A stretch of DNA of 64,000 nt from Bigelowiella natans CCMP2755 (GCA_000320545.1 ADNK01001417.1:1-64000), one strand, 5' to 3'. Positions 47,382-62,970 are shown, counted from the first letter of the stretch. Notes: generated from the sequence alone by a model not told the origin. Numbers and translations: made by a program.

Positions 47382-48616
47382 TCAATCACTTCCAGATGAA
47401 GATGAGCTTGAGCTTCCACTGTCAGAGCTCGAGCTTGAATCATCGCTGTCATCGCTATCGTCATCTCTTCTCTTCCTTTCCTCCTTCGAGTCCTTACGCC
47501 TGCTCTCTCTCCTGCTCTCGCTATTATGGTCGCGGTCATCACGGTCTCGGGCACGGTCACGACTCCGTCGGCTGCGATCACGACTACGATCGCGATTGCG
47601 ATCTCTGTCACGTCGGTCTCGATCTCGTCTCCTTGATCTCCTCTCGTCGTCACTATCGTCACGTCGTCCACGCCATCTGTCCTGAATCTCGTTTCTGTCG
47701 CGGCTGTCATTGCGTCTGCGCCTCTCTCGATCACGGCCTCTGCGGTTGTCTCGATCGCCACGATCTCGGCTTCTTTCTCGATCCCTGTCTCGTCCGGAAT
47801 CCCTCTGACGGCGACGTTTATTGTACTCTTCTTCTCCACCGCGATCAAGGAAGGCGGGAGCAGGTTTTTTTGGCACTTGGGAGCCTTCATCTTCGCCAGG
47901 AATCTCTTCCATTCTCTTGAAAGATTCTCCATTTCTATGTCCAGATTTAATTCCGAATGCTCGCCGCAGCTTTTCGTTTTCTTTCTCTTTCAAGAATGAT
48001 ACGGCGTGAGTCTCTTTCAGCCTACGATTAGAAAATTTACGAAATAGTTTATAATTTTCAAATCATTGTGATATGGAATACTCTTTCTCTGAAGATATGT
48101 CGTCTCCTGATGTTAATCGTCTGCGGAGGTACTTCCGGTCTTTCTCAACACGCTTCTTTATCTCCTCATCGGACAATCTGTGCACAAATCTCTTAGCAAA
48201 GTTTCTGGATGAAACTAGATTTTGGCTTTGTTGCCAAGAAGCAGAAGTAGAGGATATAGGGTGAAAAGAAGAGAAGCAAAGAAAAAGAGATGGAGAGAGA
48301 AAGATCCTACCCTCTTGATTTCAGGTCTTCTTCAAGGAGAAGCAACTTAAGTTCAATTTTCCTCTTCCTGTTGTGTTCCAATATAGCCTTGTTAGGCTTC
48401 TTTGTAACAGCTGGTTGCCTATAATCGTCAAAACTCTTTCGTTGTTGACCACGCTGATGAGGCTTTAGGGCACCGAGGTTGCGTTGAACGTAACCATTGG
48501 TTCCTGAACCTCTTGGTGTAACTAGACCAATTCCGTTGTACCTGAATCAATGCTACAATAAGAAAACTTGAAATATTGTGGTAGAAAATGAGTTCGGTGG
48601 TTCTTTCTTACGCCAT
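47382..48616 (-). CDS. CWC21: Splicing factor Cwc21/SRRM2-like with RD/RS-rich tail
   Basis: MA|YNGIGLVTPRGSGTNGYVQRNL; ILEHNRKRKIELKL; KEKENEKLRRAFGI; RD-dipeptide tail. Confidence 0.93.
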
Positions 48617-49081
48617 CGCAGCTTTCGATCTTCAGTGCGGAGGGGGAACTTAGAAGCGGGGCTATCTTCCTGCAGAAGGTGGGGTATTTATTTATGCGAC
48701 AACTCTAAATAGTACAAAATCACATTCTACAAATACTACCCAGATTTATCCCCATCTGGCCAAAGAATCTGTTGTCGCCAATGCTAAATCAATTTCATCT
48801 AGTCTCAACTAATATCTCATAAAATGATACTGAACGTATGAGTATCTTTCTCTACGACATCAAATAATAAACTTGTTTCACGCTGCACCTCGTATTCTCC
48901 TCTCCTTCCAATCCTATCTCCCGAGGGGACCAACATACTAATTGTTGATACTCGATTAACAACGAAAGTCAGTAGATGGAACACAGCCCATAAATATATG
49001 TATACTCAATAGAATATATGGTTCTAATTTCAGGCTTCGACTTAAACATTAAATAACTTTATACCCGTTCAACAAGACACA

Positions 49082-50138
49082 ATGGGAGCCCGTATGACAA
49101 TGGAGGACCAAATCATTGAGCTGAGAATGGCATCGAAGCAGATGAAGCGTCAATCTCAAAAGTGCTCCAAGCAAGAAAAGGCAGAACAAATGAAAGTCAA
49201 AAAGGTATCTCATTTCGGCAGCTTCTCCTTTCCTTCGTTGCTACAAACAAATATTTTCAGGCAATTGAGCAAGGGGATAAAGAGCGCGCAAAAATACATG
49301 CAGGTATTGTTATTATAGAACACATAGATCCCAGCGCTATCTCTAAAATTTAGTTCGAAATTGAGAAATAGTTTTTGTAATGTTGAGACTCTGTCAAATT
49401 CTACTAAACTTAGAAAATTCGATACGGAATAAAAACAACTCGATAAATTTCTTACGGTTGGCCTCTCGGATGGAATCAATCGTGCAGAGGCTCCAGACAG
49501 CTCAGAGCATCAAAAATGTAAGCACGATTCGTGCATGGAACTGAACTAAATATTTAATTCTTGATCAGATGAGTAAATCAATGATGACTACTACAAAGAT
49601 CATGCAAACAGCGCTGTCGAGCATGAATGTTGAGAAGGTCAGCCAAAAACGACAATGATTTTATCATTACTTAGATTCCTATATATGTATGGTCTAGATT
49701 AGTGCAACTATGGACACTTTTGAGAAACAGTTCGAGGAGCTTGACATTCAGAGCGCGGTGATGGAGGATTCGGTCAAACAAGCGAATGCAAATACGATTA
49801 AAGGTGGGATGGAAATTCGATTAAGTCTTCAGTAGTTAACACCTTTGATTTGGATATTCAGAAGACCAAGTGGATAACTTAATGAGACAGGTAATAGGTG
49901 TAAGAATTTAATAACGGATAGCAATTAACATACTTTTGCAGGTTGCTGACGAGCATAATCTCAAGATGGAGGATGATATGCTGGATGCTCCAAAGAACAA
50001 GTTGCAGGTGCGTCTAAAAATTATATTCCTTTCATGAGTTTTTGAAAAAAAATGAATTACTGAATTCAGGAAAAAGATGAGAAGAAGGTAGAAGAGAAAA
50101 GTCTTGAGGATCGATTGAACGCGCTCCAGGATCTCTAG
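49082..50138 (+). CDS. CHMP1: ESCRT-III subunit CHMP1/Did2/Vps46, many short introns
   Basis: LRMASKQMKRQSQKCSKQEKAEQMKVKK|AIEQGDKERAKIHA|ENSIR...FLRLASRM; ISATMDTFEKQFEELD; QVADEHNL; MIM LEDRLNAL. Confidence 0.93.
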
Positions 50139-50371
50139 CAAGGCAATTTTGAAAAGTTCGTGGTAACAGTTTGTCATTTCCCGAACCCGAAGTGGTTACT
50201 CTGAATAGTGCTGGAGTGGTTTTGATGTACCTACAAAAGCTCATATGTTTTAAAGCCCGACTGAGATGCTGCATGCCTAGATATAACAGTTTGCCACGAT
50301 ACATATATGTGGACTAATGAAAAGATATAATTATTTCATTACACCCGTCTCACAATAGACATACGTATACG

Positions 50372-50374
<3 letters not shown>

Positions 50375-50452
<78 letters not shown>
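50375..50452. repeat. (TA)n microsatellite
   Basis: About 38 TA units with one interruption. Confidence 0.95.
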
Positions 50453-50456
<4 letters not shown>

Positions 50457-50459
50457 CGT

Positions 50460-51180
50460 ACTGTGTCTATAGATCATTATGTAGCATGCTGCGATGATGC
50501 GATTGCACAGCGCATAGCCAAAGCAACAGCTTAGACAGCACCATCTTCATTTGTCCACTCTAGCACCTCCGATGCATGCTTGATCGACCGAGCTAGCGAG
50601 CTTCCAGCAAGTCTAATAAGAACAATGAGTAATGAGTACGACACCAGATGCAACATACACGGTCCCTCGCTGCATCTTAGCTAGCTTAGTGCATCTATAT
50701 AGAGCACACTATCTATAGCTATATATAACACGTGAGCTTAGCCTAGTTAGCTAGCTAGGCCTGCTATCTAGCTAGCTAGCTAGGAGTCTAGTAGCCTGGC
50801 TAGCTAGAGAGCCTACTAGCAGAATAAGTGTATGCATGTGCTAGCGCGTGCTAGCCAGCATGTCTTGGCATCAGATACGATCTAGCGATGCATATGCATG
50901 ACGTACAAAGCTAGAAAGCGCTATCTAGGCTATCTAGCTAGCCTAGTAGCTATAAATGTGTGATGCATGTGCATGCCTAGGTGCAACGAAGGCAATCCCA
51001 CTAGCTAGTATGTAGCTGCTGCTATGCTAGCTATGGCGTACGATGACATACGAGATTTTGAGCTACTGACTGTCGCTTGCGTATGGCACATGCTAGCATG
51101 CGCAGAACTGTAGAATCGTGACAACTGTGTCTATCCTGGAAACGATCAACGATATATGCATGTATTCTGATCACAAGTTT
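50460..51180. repeat. (CTAG)n-rich convergent intergenic tract
   Basis: ttagctagctagg, tctagctagctagctagg, gctagctag between CHMP1 (+) and NCAPH2 (-). Confidence 0.85.
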
Positions 51181-51278
51181 TAAATATAACAATATAACGC
51201 AGTGATGACCGTTTATGATTCAAGATTTGATTAGAAGCATGTAACTGTTCACATGATAGCAGTTTGTGAGGTCTCACA

Positions 51279-53503
51279 TTATGATAAAGAATTTATAGAC
51301 CGGCGTGCTCTCAGGCCTCGCCTGCTTTTACGGATGGGCTGATTCCCTTTGGTTGAAAACAGAATAGTTTGTTTTTTTCCAAATTTCTTTTTCTCAATTG
51401 TATTCTTCCCAGGCCTGTTCTCCTCGTCCAAAGATTTAGTCTTTGATATTCGGGTGCGTTTCTTCCGAGGTTCTTCTTCCTTTGTGCGTTTAATGTCGCC
51501 GTCTTCCACCTCTTTGTCCACCAGATTTACCGAATTTTCCTTCCCAGATACTTTGTCGGATCTTAAGGTTTTGATCTCATCGCGAGCTTCCATAGATATG
51601 TTTTCAGAATCCATTGTTTTGCTCGCATCGTTTGCCTCTGGTTGTTCCACTAGCACAGCAACCGCTATTGATGTGAACCCCTTCTCTTCAGAAGGATAAA
51701 TATCGACACGTCTATGATTCGCTAGTTGTAGTGTAGCTAAGAAATTTCGAGAAACCTCGTATTGGTTGAGACCGCTTACAACCGTGCTGAATGGAACCGT
51801 ACCATTTTCATTCTCTTCCACCTTTTCTTGCACCCTTTGCACGATTTGATCTCCATACCGATGAATGTCAAACTCTGGGCGAGAATCCATCTCTTGGAGG
51901 TGAGGTTCAATCTTTGACTGCCATGCTGCGACGCGCTGAGAAAGTTTGGAGTGAGACATGTATCGCTGAGCTGCTTGCACATAAGCCTCAACATGCTTTC
52001 GACATAAGTCTTCAAATGTCGAAGAAGAGTCGTGATTTAGTTCCTGAGGTGAAGCAAATACTCCCTCTGCATTCGAAATTTGGTTTTCATGGTCCGCAAG
52101 TAAAGCGTCGCCCTCACTCGGAAGTGGATCCTCTCTGATATCAGCTATGTCGGCAACATCGAATTCTTCATCTGACAAGGGGTCAAAGCCGCCTTCTTCG
52201 TCATGAGCTGCAAAATCCTGCACAACTTCAACCTGTTTTTGCTTTACAGCCATTTTTCTCTCTTTCAAATTCGACCTCCTCTTTCGTTCCGCGTGGCGAA
52301 TCTTGAGCTTTTGATACAATAATCCCGAAAAGTGTGAAAACGAAAGATCGGGAATGCTAGTTAAAGCTGCTTCTTGATTTTCCACTTGCAGCTTTATCAA
52401 CTTATGTTCTCTCGATACGAGCTCGATATTTCTGCGCGTTGCCTTAATGATACGGTAGCATTTGCCTTTTTTGAACTTCTTTGGATCAATGTTCTCTTCC
52501 AATTCGTAAGGGTCCATCAGTGCAAAAGTATCATTCTCACCTTCTTCATTTTTTTCGTCGTATTCTGCATTCTTGGCCTCTTGTTTTTCGTCAGACTGTT
52601 CATAGTCATCTCTGTCTCCATCGTAACAATCACCGTCGTCACCGAAGCTCTCGTCCATTTGATTTTGCTCATGGGTTGGGAATGCAAGCTCTTTTGCAAC
52701 AGCATCTGTATTCTCTTGGTTGACACCCTGACTAGTTTTTGCTTCATGGGCCTGAGATTTTAGTAGAGTCGCAGGGCTTCCAAATGGCAGGTGACTAGCT
52801 TGCATAGAGTCCCTACGGAAAGATAAGTCCACCAAGCGGCTATCTCTTTCCTCATACAAAAGAGCTCCGGACGCATGAACAGCACATTCACTAACTTTGT
52901 AGTCGACGCCTCCTTTGTTGCTTTTTCGGAGCGACTTAGTGTTTAAAGCGGAGAGGGGAGTGCGCGTTATTAGAGTCTCTTGTCTCATCTTCTTGTAATC
53001 TTCATTGATTTCCTTAAGATCAATGTTCTTCGCCTCGCGCATATGGTCATCAAGAGTCAGGAATTCAGCTTCTGCCTGGATGAAAGCATCGCTGTCGACA
53101 CCGTCCTTGTTAATGGACGACTTCTTCTTCCGGTAATCGGTCTTCTTCGAAATAATATCGAGGCACTGATAGATGAGACTGTACAGAAACTCAACCTTCT
53201 TACTGTAGACACCAGCAGAGCCTAGATTAGGTTTTAATTATGAGTCCCGACTTAGTCAACAATTTGTTTTCGAACAAGAAATTCAAAATGTGTAGCATGA
53301 CCTTGGATGAGCAGTGCAGCTTCTGCGAAGTTTAAATCTTTGCCTCCATCAAATGAGGTATGTATCTCTTCTAGGGTCAACATATACTCCTCCAACTCTG
53401 ATGCTACATTTATATTCCAATTTGTTGCTAAATCCTTTATAGGTTTCAGCAAGTGAGCGAATCTGTGATCGGACATCTCTTTACTGTCTCCACCCAGAGG
53501 CAT
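51279..53503 (-). CDS. NCAPH2: Condensin II kleisin subunit CAP-H2
   Basis: [38 protein letters not shown]|[14 protein letters not shown] (intron 53222-53301); C-terminal [14 protein letters not shown]...FDIHRYG...[15 protein letters not shown]. Confidence 0.95.
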
Positions 53504-54421
53504 GTTGGCGGTTCTTGAATTCACTGGTGCAATAGACAGCATTGCTTGAGTAAAGATTGTCAAATTCTAAATACTCTAAAAACCTATAACCTATAGTTCC
53601 TAAATATACGTATATGAACAAAAATTTACATATATGTGTTTGTGTGCAGTGCGCGGGTGTACGTGTGCGTTAATTATATTTTTAGAAATGTATATCCCTT
53701 ACAGAGCACCCTGCTCCACCTACCTTAGCCAACTCTAACAATTGATATGGCGCGCTGGGGTTATGCCTGCAAACGGTCAGAAAATATATCGATTATTTTC
53801 AGAATGAGATCAGTCAGATAACTATTTCAAGAGGCGATATTCAACTACAATTGCTCAAACAAAATATGTCGCATCGAAAGATATACATGAAATATATTTA
53901 AATGTTCCTTCTCGGTGTGATTTTGATTTCCTGAATTCATGTCCGATAATTTATCAAGCTATTTCTTCACTACGTCATATAAAAACAAGGTTTTTTAATA
54001 TTTTAAGCCTTGTTGGCTAAATCTTGCACATTTACGTTGTCGCATTAGTAAAAAACAATGTAAATTCGACTATCATAAGCCGACTTCTCAGTTGACGCTG
54101 AATATAAGGGCGCTCTTCCCTACTTTTAGGGGTTTTGGCTGAATTTACGTGAAAATCAGCCAATTGCCCATTGGCAAAGGCAGCGGCCACTTAATCCATT
54201 ATTTATTGCGTGGGGTTCATTGGTACGTAGCGCTGGATCTGAAGGGAGGGAAGCGAGTATCAGAGAGACAGCCGAGTGAAAAGACTTATGTGACGCAACA
54301 AACTCTTTATCCCCCTTGCCCCCCCCAGCATTTTTTCCGAAAAAAAGTGTGCATTTACGCAAATTCTCGCAGCTTACCTATACTTGTCACATCGTTCATA
54401 TTTGCCAGAAAGCTGAACAAA

Positions 54422-55741
54422 ATGTCTGATTCCGAGCTAAATGAGAGCGTGCAAATGATCCATAAGTTCCTAAAGAAGAAGGGATACTCAAGCACTGCGA
54501 AAGCTTTACGCAAGGATTACAGGAAAACGTTCAGCGAAGATGAGGACGATTTCCCTCAATCATCCTCGTACAAGAGGACCAATGGTACTCGCAGGCGAAA
54601 GAGAAAAGGAAGTTTTGATTCGTCGTTCCGAAAGAAAGGTCGATATGACTACGATGACGATGACGAGGAAGAGGACGAGAAGTCTTCTCATTTGCCAATT
54701 CAGGTATACTGCAGGGTGCTTCTTGTGTTTCTTTGACTGCTTGTCTTAGTTCGTTTTACTATAACATGTGCAAAATTATTAGACCAAGTTGTTCATCAAC
54801 GGAAAATTCGTCGAGTCCATCTCTGGCCGCACTTTCGAGTACCTATTTTGAGTCATGTTACGTAGAATAATAATGGATGCTGAAAGATAATTGTATCAAA
54901 TCCAGGACTGTCAATCCTGCGAACGGAAAAGTTATCTGTGACGTAGATTGGGCGCAAAAGGAAGATGTCGATGCAGCGGTGCTGAAAATGACAATGAATC
55001 GCACACACAAATAAGCAGCTGAAACACCCAATCAAACTCAAACACATTGACACATTGAGAATGAATATCTCGAGAGAGTCATAGGAAGTGAAGAAAAAGT
55101 ATTGTAAAATAGCTCAGCCATGGTACCACTTGTATTCCTGTCTCTTAGGTTCGCGCCGCTAAGAAAGCCTTCCCTAAGTGGAGTACTACGTCGGGGCCAT
55201 ACAGACGTGACCTCATCCTCAAGCTCGCAGATCTCATGGAAAAACACAAGGTAATAATGGGTTCTGTCTTCGTGCGATATATGATAGGTCACAGTAATTC
55301 ATACCCCACCCCTCAACTAGTCCTATATTTTCATAAAATTTACCTTCGCGGAGACAAGCAGCAGCCTCATTCATCTAGTGGCCAACTTTTTACCGATAGG
55401 AACGCCTTGCGGAGGTCGAGGCTCTTGATAATGGCAAGCCATACCAGGTAGTAGGGAGTAAGTCATAATTTCGATGCACGATTACGTAGACTCTCCTGCA
55501 TATGGTGGTGGTGCCTGCTGAAGCTGACTGTGATTAAATCTCCCATGTCGCTGCTCCATTGGCCATCAATCATTGATGCTGGCGATGATGACATCAGAAT
55601 CAATATTTGAAATACACCTCCTAAACAATGAAAGGTTGCTTTGAACTTGGACCTGGTATTGGCGATTAAGTGCTACCGCTACTATGCTGGATGGGCTGAC
55701 AAACTTATGGGTGAAACGATGCCTATTGAGGTAGTAGCACC

Positions 55742-55775
<34 letters not shown>

Positions 55776-56745
55776 ATAATGGTAGTAGAAGTAGTAGCTC
55801 CCTAGCTAAGTTTGGTGGTGGTAGTGCTGCTTGCTATGATGGCAAACTCTAATAAGCTCATTTTGTCGACAACAATTTAATGGTACTACTCACCGTTGAT
55901 GTCCCACCACTAAAAACAACATATATCCACTACTACTTCTCATGACAGGGCAAGTACCTCTGCTACACCCGCCGGGAGGCAATGGGGTCAGTCAGTCAGT
56001 CAGTCAGACAGTCAGTCAGTCAGTTCCTCAGCACCAAAACACAGTTTTTGGAGCAAATAACTCCGATGGTGCATGCCTGTAGAAGCGTATTCAAATGCGG
56101 GATTGACCTCCTCCTCTTCCTCCTCCGCTTGCTACTTAAAATTATGCTAGAGTGGTTGGCCAGATCACCCCGTGGAACTTTCCCCTCCTTATGCAGGTCG
56201 ATTCTGACCTATCACTATTGCATTTGTTATTGGTGGTGGTAGCGAGGGTGTAGAAATTGCTCTTCCGATTGTATCCCTTGTGTTCTTTTTCCTTCTTGTC
56301 TTTTCGTAGTAATCGTTCTTGCTATAGCCGGAATCGATACAACTTATTGTGCCATGCGTTAAACATCTGCTACTACATAGAATCATGACAACAAGATTTC
56401 AACACGAAGTTAAAAAAATATATGCCTTATCATCGTCATCATTAGTATCATCATATCCTCACAAGTCTATATCAGTATAAATGGGCGCAATTCGTGGAAA
56501 TTATAGCAATAAATATAATTTATCTTAGGCTTGGAAGCTCGCTCCTGCTCTGGCTGTTGGATGCTGCATTGTGCACAAACCGTCCGAAAAGACGCCACTA
56601 ACGGCTCTTATGATTGCCGACCTCTCGCGAAGGGCAGGGTGTGATTCACATTAGGAAGAGACTATCTCATGTGCCACTGTTGTTGCTTCTTCTCACGTCC
56701 TCCCTCTACTGCATTTTTCTTCTACTTCTTCTTCTTCTTCTTCTT

Positions 56746-56776
<31 letters not shown>

Positions 56777-58454
56777 GCTGCTGCTACAGCTTTCCTCCTG
56801 GAGTGCTGAATATCGTAAGCGGTGAGGGGCCTGTCACCGGAGAGGCAATTACCCGTCATCCAAAGATTGAAAAGGTTGTTGTACCACAGGTGGTGGTGGT
56901 GGAGGAGAAGGATATGTGATAGTGGTGTATATGATGGTGCCGATAGTGACAGATGGTTGACCTTGTTTTCTTGTTCACTGTCCTTTCGTGTCCCTTCATT
57001 AGTATCTAATCGCTTGTGTGTCGTACGCATGTGTGCACATATAGGTGGCTTTTACAGGATCTACTGGAGTCGGTCGTCGTATCATGAAAGCAGCTGCTGA
57101 ATCTAATCTGAAGGTTGCTGCATCATCATCTCACACACTCTCATCACTGTTACATAATATATCTCCAAATTCGTTCATTCGTGTGGATGAGATACTTGCT
57201 GATTAAACAGGAGATTGCGTACTATAATTCTCATTTATTTTCATCTCATTTCATCAGCGTGTGACCTTGGAGCTGGGGGGTAAATCACCCATGATCGTTT
57301 GTAATGATGCTGACATTGACCAGGTAGTATTTCCGATTTGCCCATCGATTATAGAACAAATCCAAGAACATAGGCTGCTGTTGCTGCTGCTTTCCCACGA
57401 TAAATAGTTGTTGATATCATTGGGCTCGTTTGCTTTTTTAAAATCTTCAGGCTGTCGCAGCGGGACAGCTAGGGTTATTCATCAACTCGGGCCAGTGTTG
57501 CATTGCCTCTTCTCGCATATTTGTACAAGACGATGTCTACGACGAATATGTTAGAAAGGTAGTAGTGAGTGACAACAGTCTCATGCTTACTGCTGTTAGA
57601 TAATGATTGTTTGTGTCGTGTGGTATTGCTGCTGGAGTCGAGACATGAATCATGGCGATGTGTTTGCCTTCAATATGCACCAGGCAGTAAAATTCGCCAA
57701 GAAGCGCAAACTTGTGGATCCCATGGAAGATGGCCACAAGGACATCCTTGCCATTCAAGGACCGCAGGTTTGGTTTATTCAGGGAGGGAGGCATGACGAC
57801 AAGTGAGAGAGAGAGAGAGAGAAAAAGAGAGATAGCGAGGCTTCTCCTCTATCAGATGATCTATCTCTCGATGTTGATCGAGTGATGACGATGACAACGA
57901 TGACGATGACGACGATGATGATGATGCCGGTGATGATGATGCAGATGATAATATCGATTATTCAGGTCGATAAGCTCCAGTATGACAGTGTTATGAAGTA
58001 CATCCAAGCTGGGTCAGTAATATAGCATTTTCGAGGAGGAGGAGGAGGAGGAGAGAGATCAGGACACATAACTATATCTTTACAATTGCTTTTGTTGTTG
58101 GCGTCTCATCGAACAATACTAGCAATAAAGACGATGCTTGTAAACAACTAGGAAGCGTGAAGGAGCTCGTCTGTGTTGCGGGGGAGCAAAGGCGAATCGT
58201 GAAGGGTATTACATCCAGCCAACCATCTTTGCAGATGTGGAAGATGATATGAAGGTCAGTGAAGGAGAGATATGGTTAACAAGTTAAAGAACAACGATGG
58301 TGCTGCTGCTGCTGCGCTGCTGCTGGTGGTGGTAGGAACATTTCTAGTAGTAGTAGCAGCATAGAGGGAGGAAGGGGGGTGAAAGAAAAAGCAAATGAAG
58401 AGACCCATCGCCACCCTGCAAAGTTCCACCACTATTGCATCCCCCCCCCCCCCC

Positions 58455-58500
<46 letters not shown>

Positions 58501-58711
58501 TCCCGCCCACACCTTTCTCCTCCTCCCTGTCCTCTTCCTCAGATTGCCAGAGAGGAGATCTTTGGCCCTGTGATGGTAATTCTTCGATTCTCCACACTGG
58601 AGGAAGCTATCAAACGCGCGAACAAGTCCGAGTTTGGTCTTGGAGCAGGTACCTTCACCACAGTAGTAGGACGGCCATATATTTGTACAAACTATGTTAA
58701 TATATCGGTTT

Positions 58712-58757
<46 letters not shown>

Positions 58758-59301
58758 TAATACATTAAGTAGTATCCACAGAGTCGAACATACGAATATA
58801 TTTGCTGCTCGCTCATCATAATCATAATCATCATATCTTCTATAGGAATTATGACTCGTGATCCTGCCAAAGCGCTCGCCACTGCACATCGGTTGCGAGC
58901 AGGAACTGTGTACGTGAACTGTTACAACGTCTTCGATGCCAGGTTGGCTTTACCTAAATACATAAATGTTCTTTGCCTGAGCTATGCTGCCCAGGGTGTA
59001 TTTTAGATGATCTTTTAGCTGCTGCAATGATACGATATGACCTTGATATATGAATTCTCAGCGCTCCGTTTGGAGGCTTCAAGCAGAGTGGCCAAGGACG
59101 GGAACTTGGACCCTACGGCCTCGAAAATTATTCAGAGGTTTGTGTTCAATAGCAGCATTTCGATCTTCGAGTATTAGATTTTAGCATGGGAAAGGATGAT
59201 GATGTTGGAGATATTCTGCGTTCAGATATGGTAAAATTAATTTTATTGATCATTAGGTGAAAACGGTTATTGTGGAGCTTGGCTCTGCGAAGTTCGACTG
59301 A
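54422..59301 (+). CDS. Class 1/2 NAD-dependent aldehyde dehydrogenase with N-terminal LisH-like + NLS-like extension, ~17 introns
   Basis: [78 protein letters not shown]. Confidence 0.95.
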
Positions 59302-59479
59302 TGTCCAGATGTAACTGGTATCGTATAGCATGTTCTGGAGACGAACCTGGTACCTGCTGTATTCGTCAGCAGGCTTACATGCTGATAACGTGCAGCTATC
59401 ATTTTGTACTTTATTTTGGATACGCATGCATGCTCTGACTGATCATCATCATTATTATACACGAGGTTAATAAAAACAT

Positions 59480-60050
59480 GCCTGACGCGCATTGCCATCA
59501 GGCTATTTCAGCAGCATGCGCGTTATCTTCCCTAATTCCCCTTGAAAGTTTCATGGTTTTGTCGTCTAGCTCTCTCCATGATGGCGCTCAGTTGATTGCC
59601 GAGTCTTGTTTGTTGGTAAGCGCGAACTTCCTAATGACAAACTAGCAAATATTCAGCGGTGAGCTGCGCCGGGCAGCTCTTTGCCTCTGCAAATGATCCA
59701 TGCTAGAATGTCGTCCATGCTAGCATGAATTGATGATGCCGCATGACGCGACTGCGCATCAGCAAGTGCAGCTATTTGCATGTACGTAGCGCCATGTTCG
59801 CGCGGTGCGTTTCTTGGCCATGCAGTTTCTTGGTGTTGTCATGCATCGCTGTGTGCGACGTTGTCGTATAGTCGATCACTAGAGCATATACAGCGATCGC
59901 GAGCGAATCAAACTTGTCTAGTTGCTGCACTTCAGCAGACAAGATGCTGGAGCTTTTATTCTCACAGAGCTGCATAAAATAAGGGTAGGAATACTAATGC
60001 ATGCGCTGCGTACACGTACTGCACCACATGCGCATGTTGTAGTTTTTTTA
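59480..60050. repeat. CATG/GCGC/CTAG-rich convergent intergenic tract
   Basis: catgctag, gcatgcgcg, atgcgctgcg between ALDH (+) and GAPDH (-). Confidence 0.65.
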
Positions 60051-60353
60051 TATCTGCTCAATATAATCATGATATTTACATACATACATACATACATCCA
60101 TATTTTAAAATTTTAAATATTAAAACATTATTATCCCCGAAACGCAGCAGATGCTAAAGATCGCAAAGCGGATAAGCGAACGAGATGCTGCTTGTGATAT
60201 AAGTTTATTTTCTCCATATATTTTTGCATTTCCCATTCTTCTCTCTTCGTGGTAACAAATGCTACCAAATTTTCTCGTATCCCCACCAAAATAGCTCCCG
60301 CGAGATAGTTTGACTACTCATTACCGTCGTTGTTCGGATGATGACAATTCAGC

Positions 60354-61867
<1,514 letters not shown>

Positions 61868-62097
61868 TCAAGTAGTTTTCCCTTCCCACTTGCATTGCGA
61901 CATACCAACATCCTTCGTTTTACAAGAAAATATCTCATATCTGTGTTCTTTTGTTGTTTTTTGTAGATCGAGTTTCTGTGAGAAATTGATATAAAAGTGT
62001 TGTCGCAGATGCCAAATTCCATGTTTTACTTATTCGTTCCCCTTGAAACTCGTGCTACGCGTATACCAACCGAAGCTTTTCTCGTGTGTGTCGTAGG

Positions 62098-62970
62098 AAT
62101 CTCATCGGTGCAATCAATGCCGTTGAGCATGCAATGAAGAAACCTCGTCTTTAACTTGTGCTCACGAAAGTTGACTTGCCACCGAATTCTCAGCATGATG
62201 CAGAGTTGATACAGGGAGAGATCAAGAAAAAATGGGATTCATTGTACCAACATCTTCTTTCACAGGGGCCTCGACGTGCCCTCTGTAGTGCCAAGAGCGA
62301 GTTCGGAATAGACTCTGTGAAAGAGGAATTAGTAAACCTATTTGACGACTTGCCCATGCCAGTGCCAGTTTTCAATTCCACTTAAAAAAAAACACCATTG
62401 AACTGGTGATTGTTGGACCTAAAGGTGTTGGTAAGTCCACATTTCTACATTGCCTCCAGTCAGGTAAATCTCCTGATCACAGTTCTAGACCTGCTCTGGA
62501 TGCAGATCTTGTTGTTCTACAGGTGGAACCCAAAAATAGCGGAAGGTACATCATTATTCATTTTTGTTCCATTGCATTTAGTCACTCAACTAATTCAAGG
62601 AGATCCACCTGACTGAATTTCATTCGAACACCATTTTTCCACATTGCATTTCAGAAAATTCGTGTTGAAGGCTTGGGACACAACGGGACAAGAGGAGTTT
62701 GAGTCATTGCCTTCCTCTCTTCTCCGGAGAGCAGACATCATCTTGATGATGTACGAAGCGGGAAAACCAGAGTTCAAGAATTGGGTCGAGAATTGGAGCA
62801 CAAAGATAAAAGAGGAACACAAATCTGGCGTGCAGATTTTAATGGCTTGCATGAAGGCCGACATTCTCTCCAAAGAAGAGGCGAATAAACACAAGCATTG
62901 TTTCACGAAGAACAAACCGGGCCAAATATTATATTTCGTCTCAAATTTAGTCCATCCGACATCCTCGTGA
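62098..62970 (+). pseudogene. Disrupted tandem Ras-superfamily GTPase fragment
   Basis: KKPRL*LVLTKVD (TAA 62152-54) ...CSAK; frameshift near A-run 62384-62392; then VIVGPKGVGKST, WDTTGQEEF, MKAD. Confidence 0.65.

Noticed and set aside
47297-47932. 207-aa (+) and 188-aa (-) ORFs overlapping CWC21
   Set aside because: Shadow frames of the RD/RS low-complexity tail.
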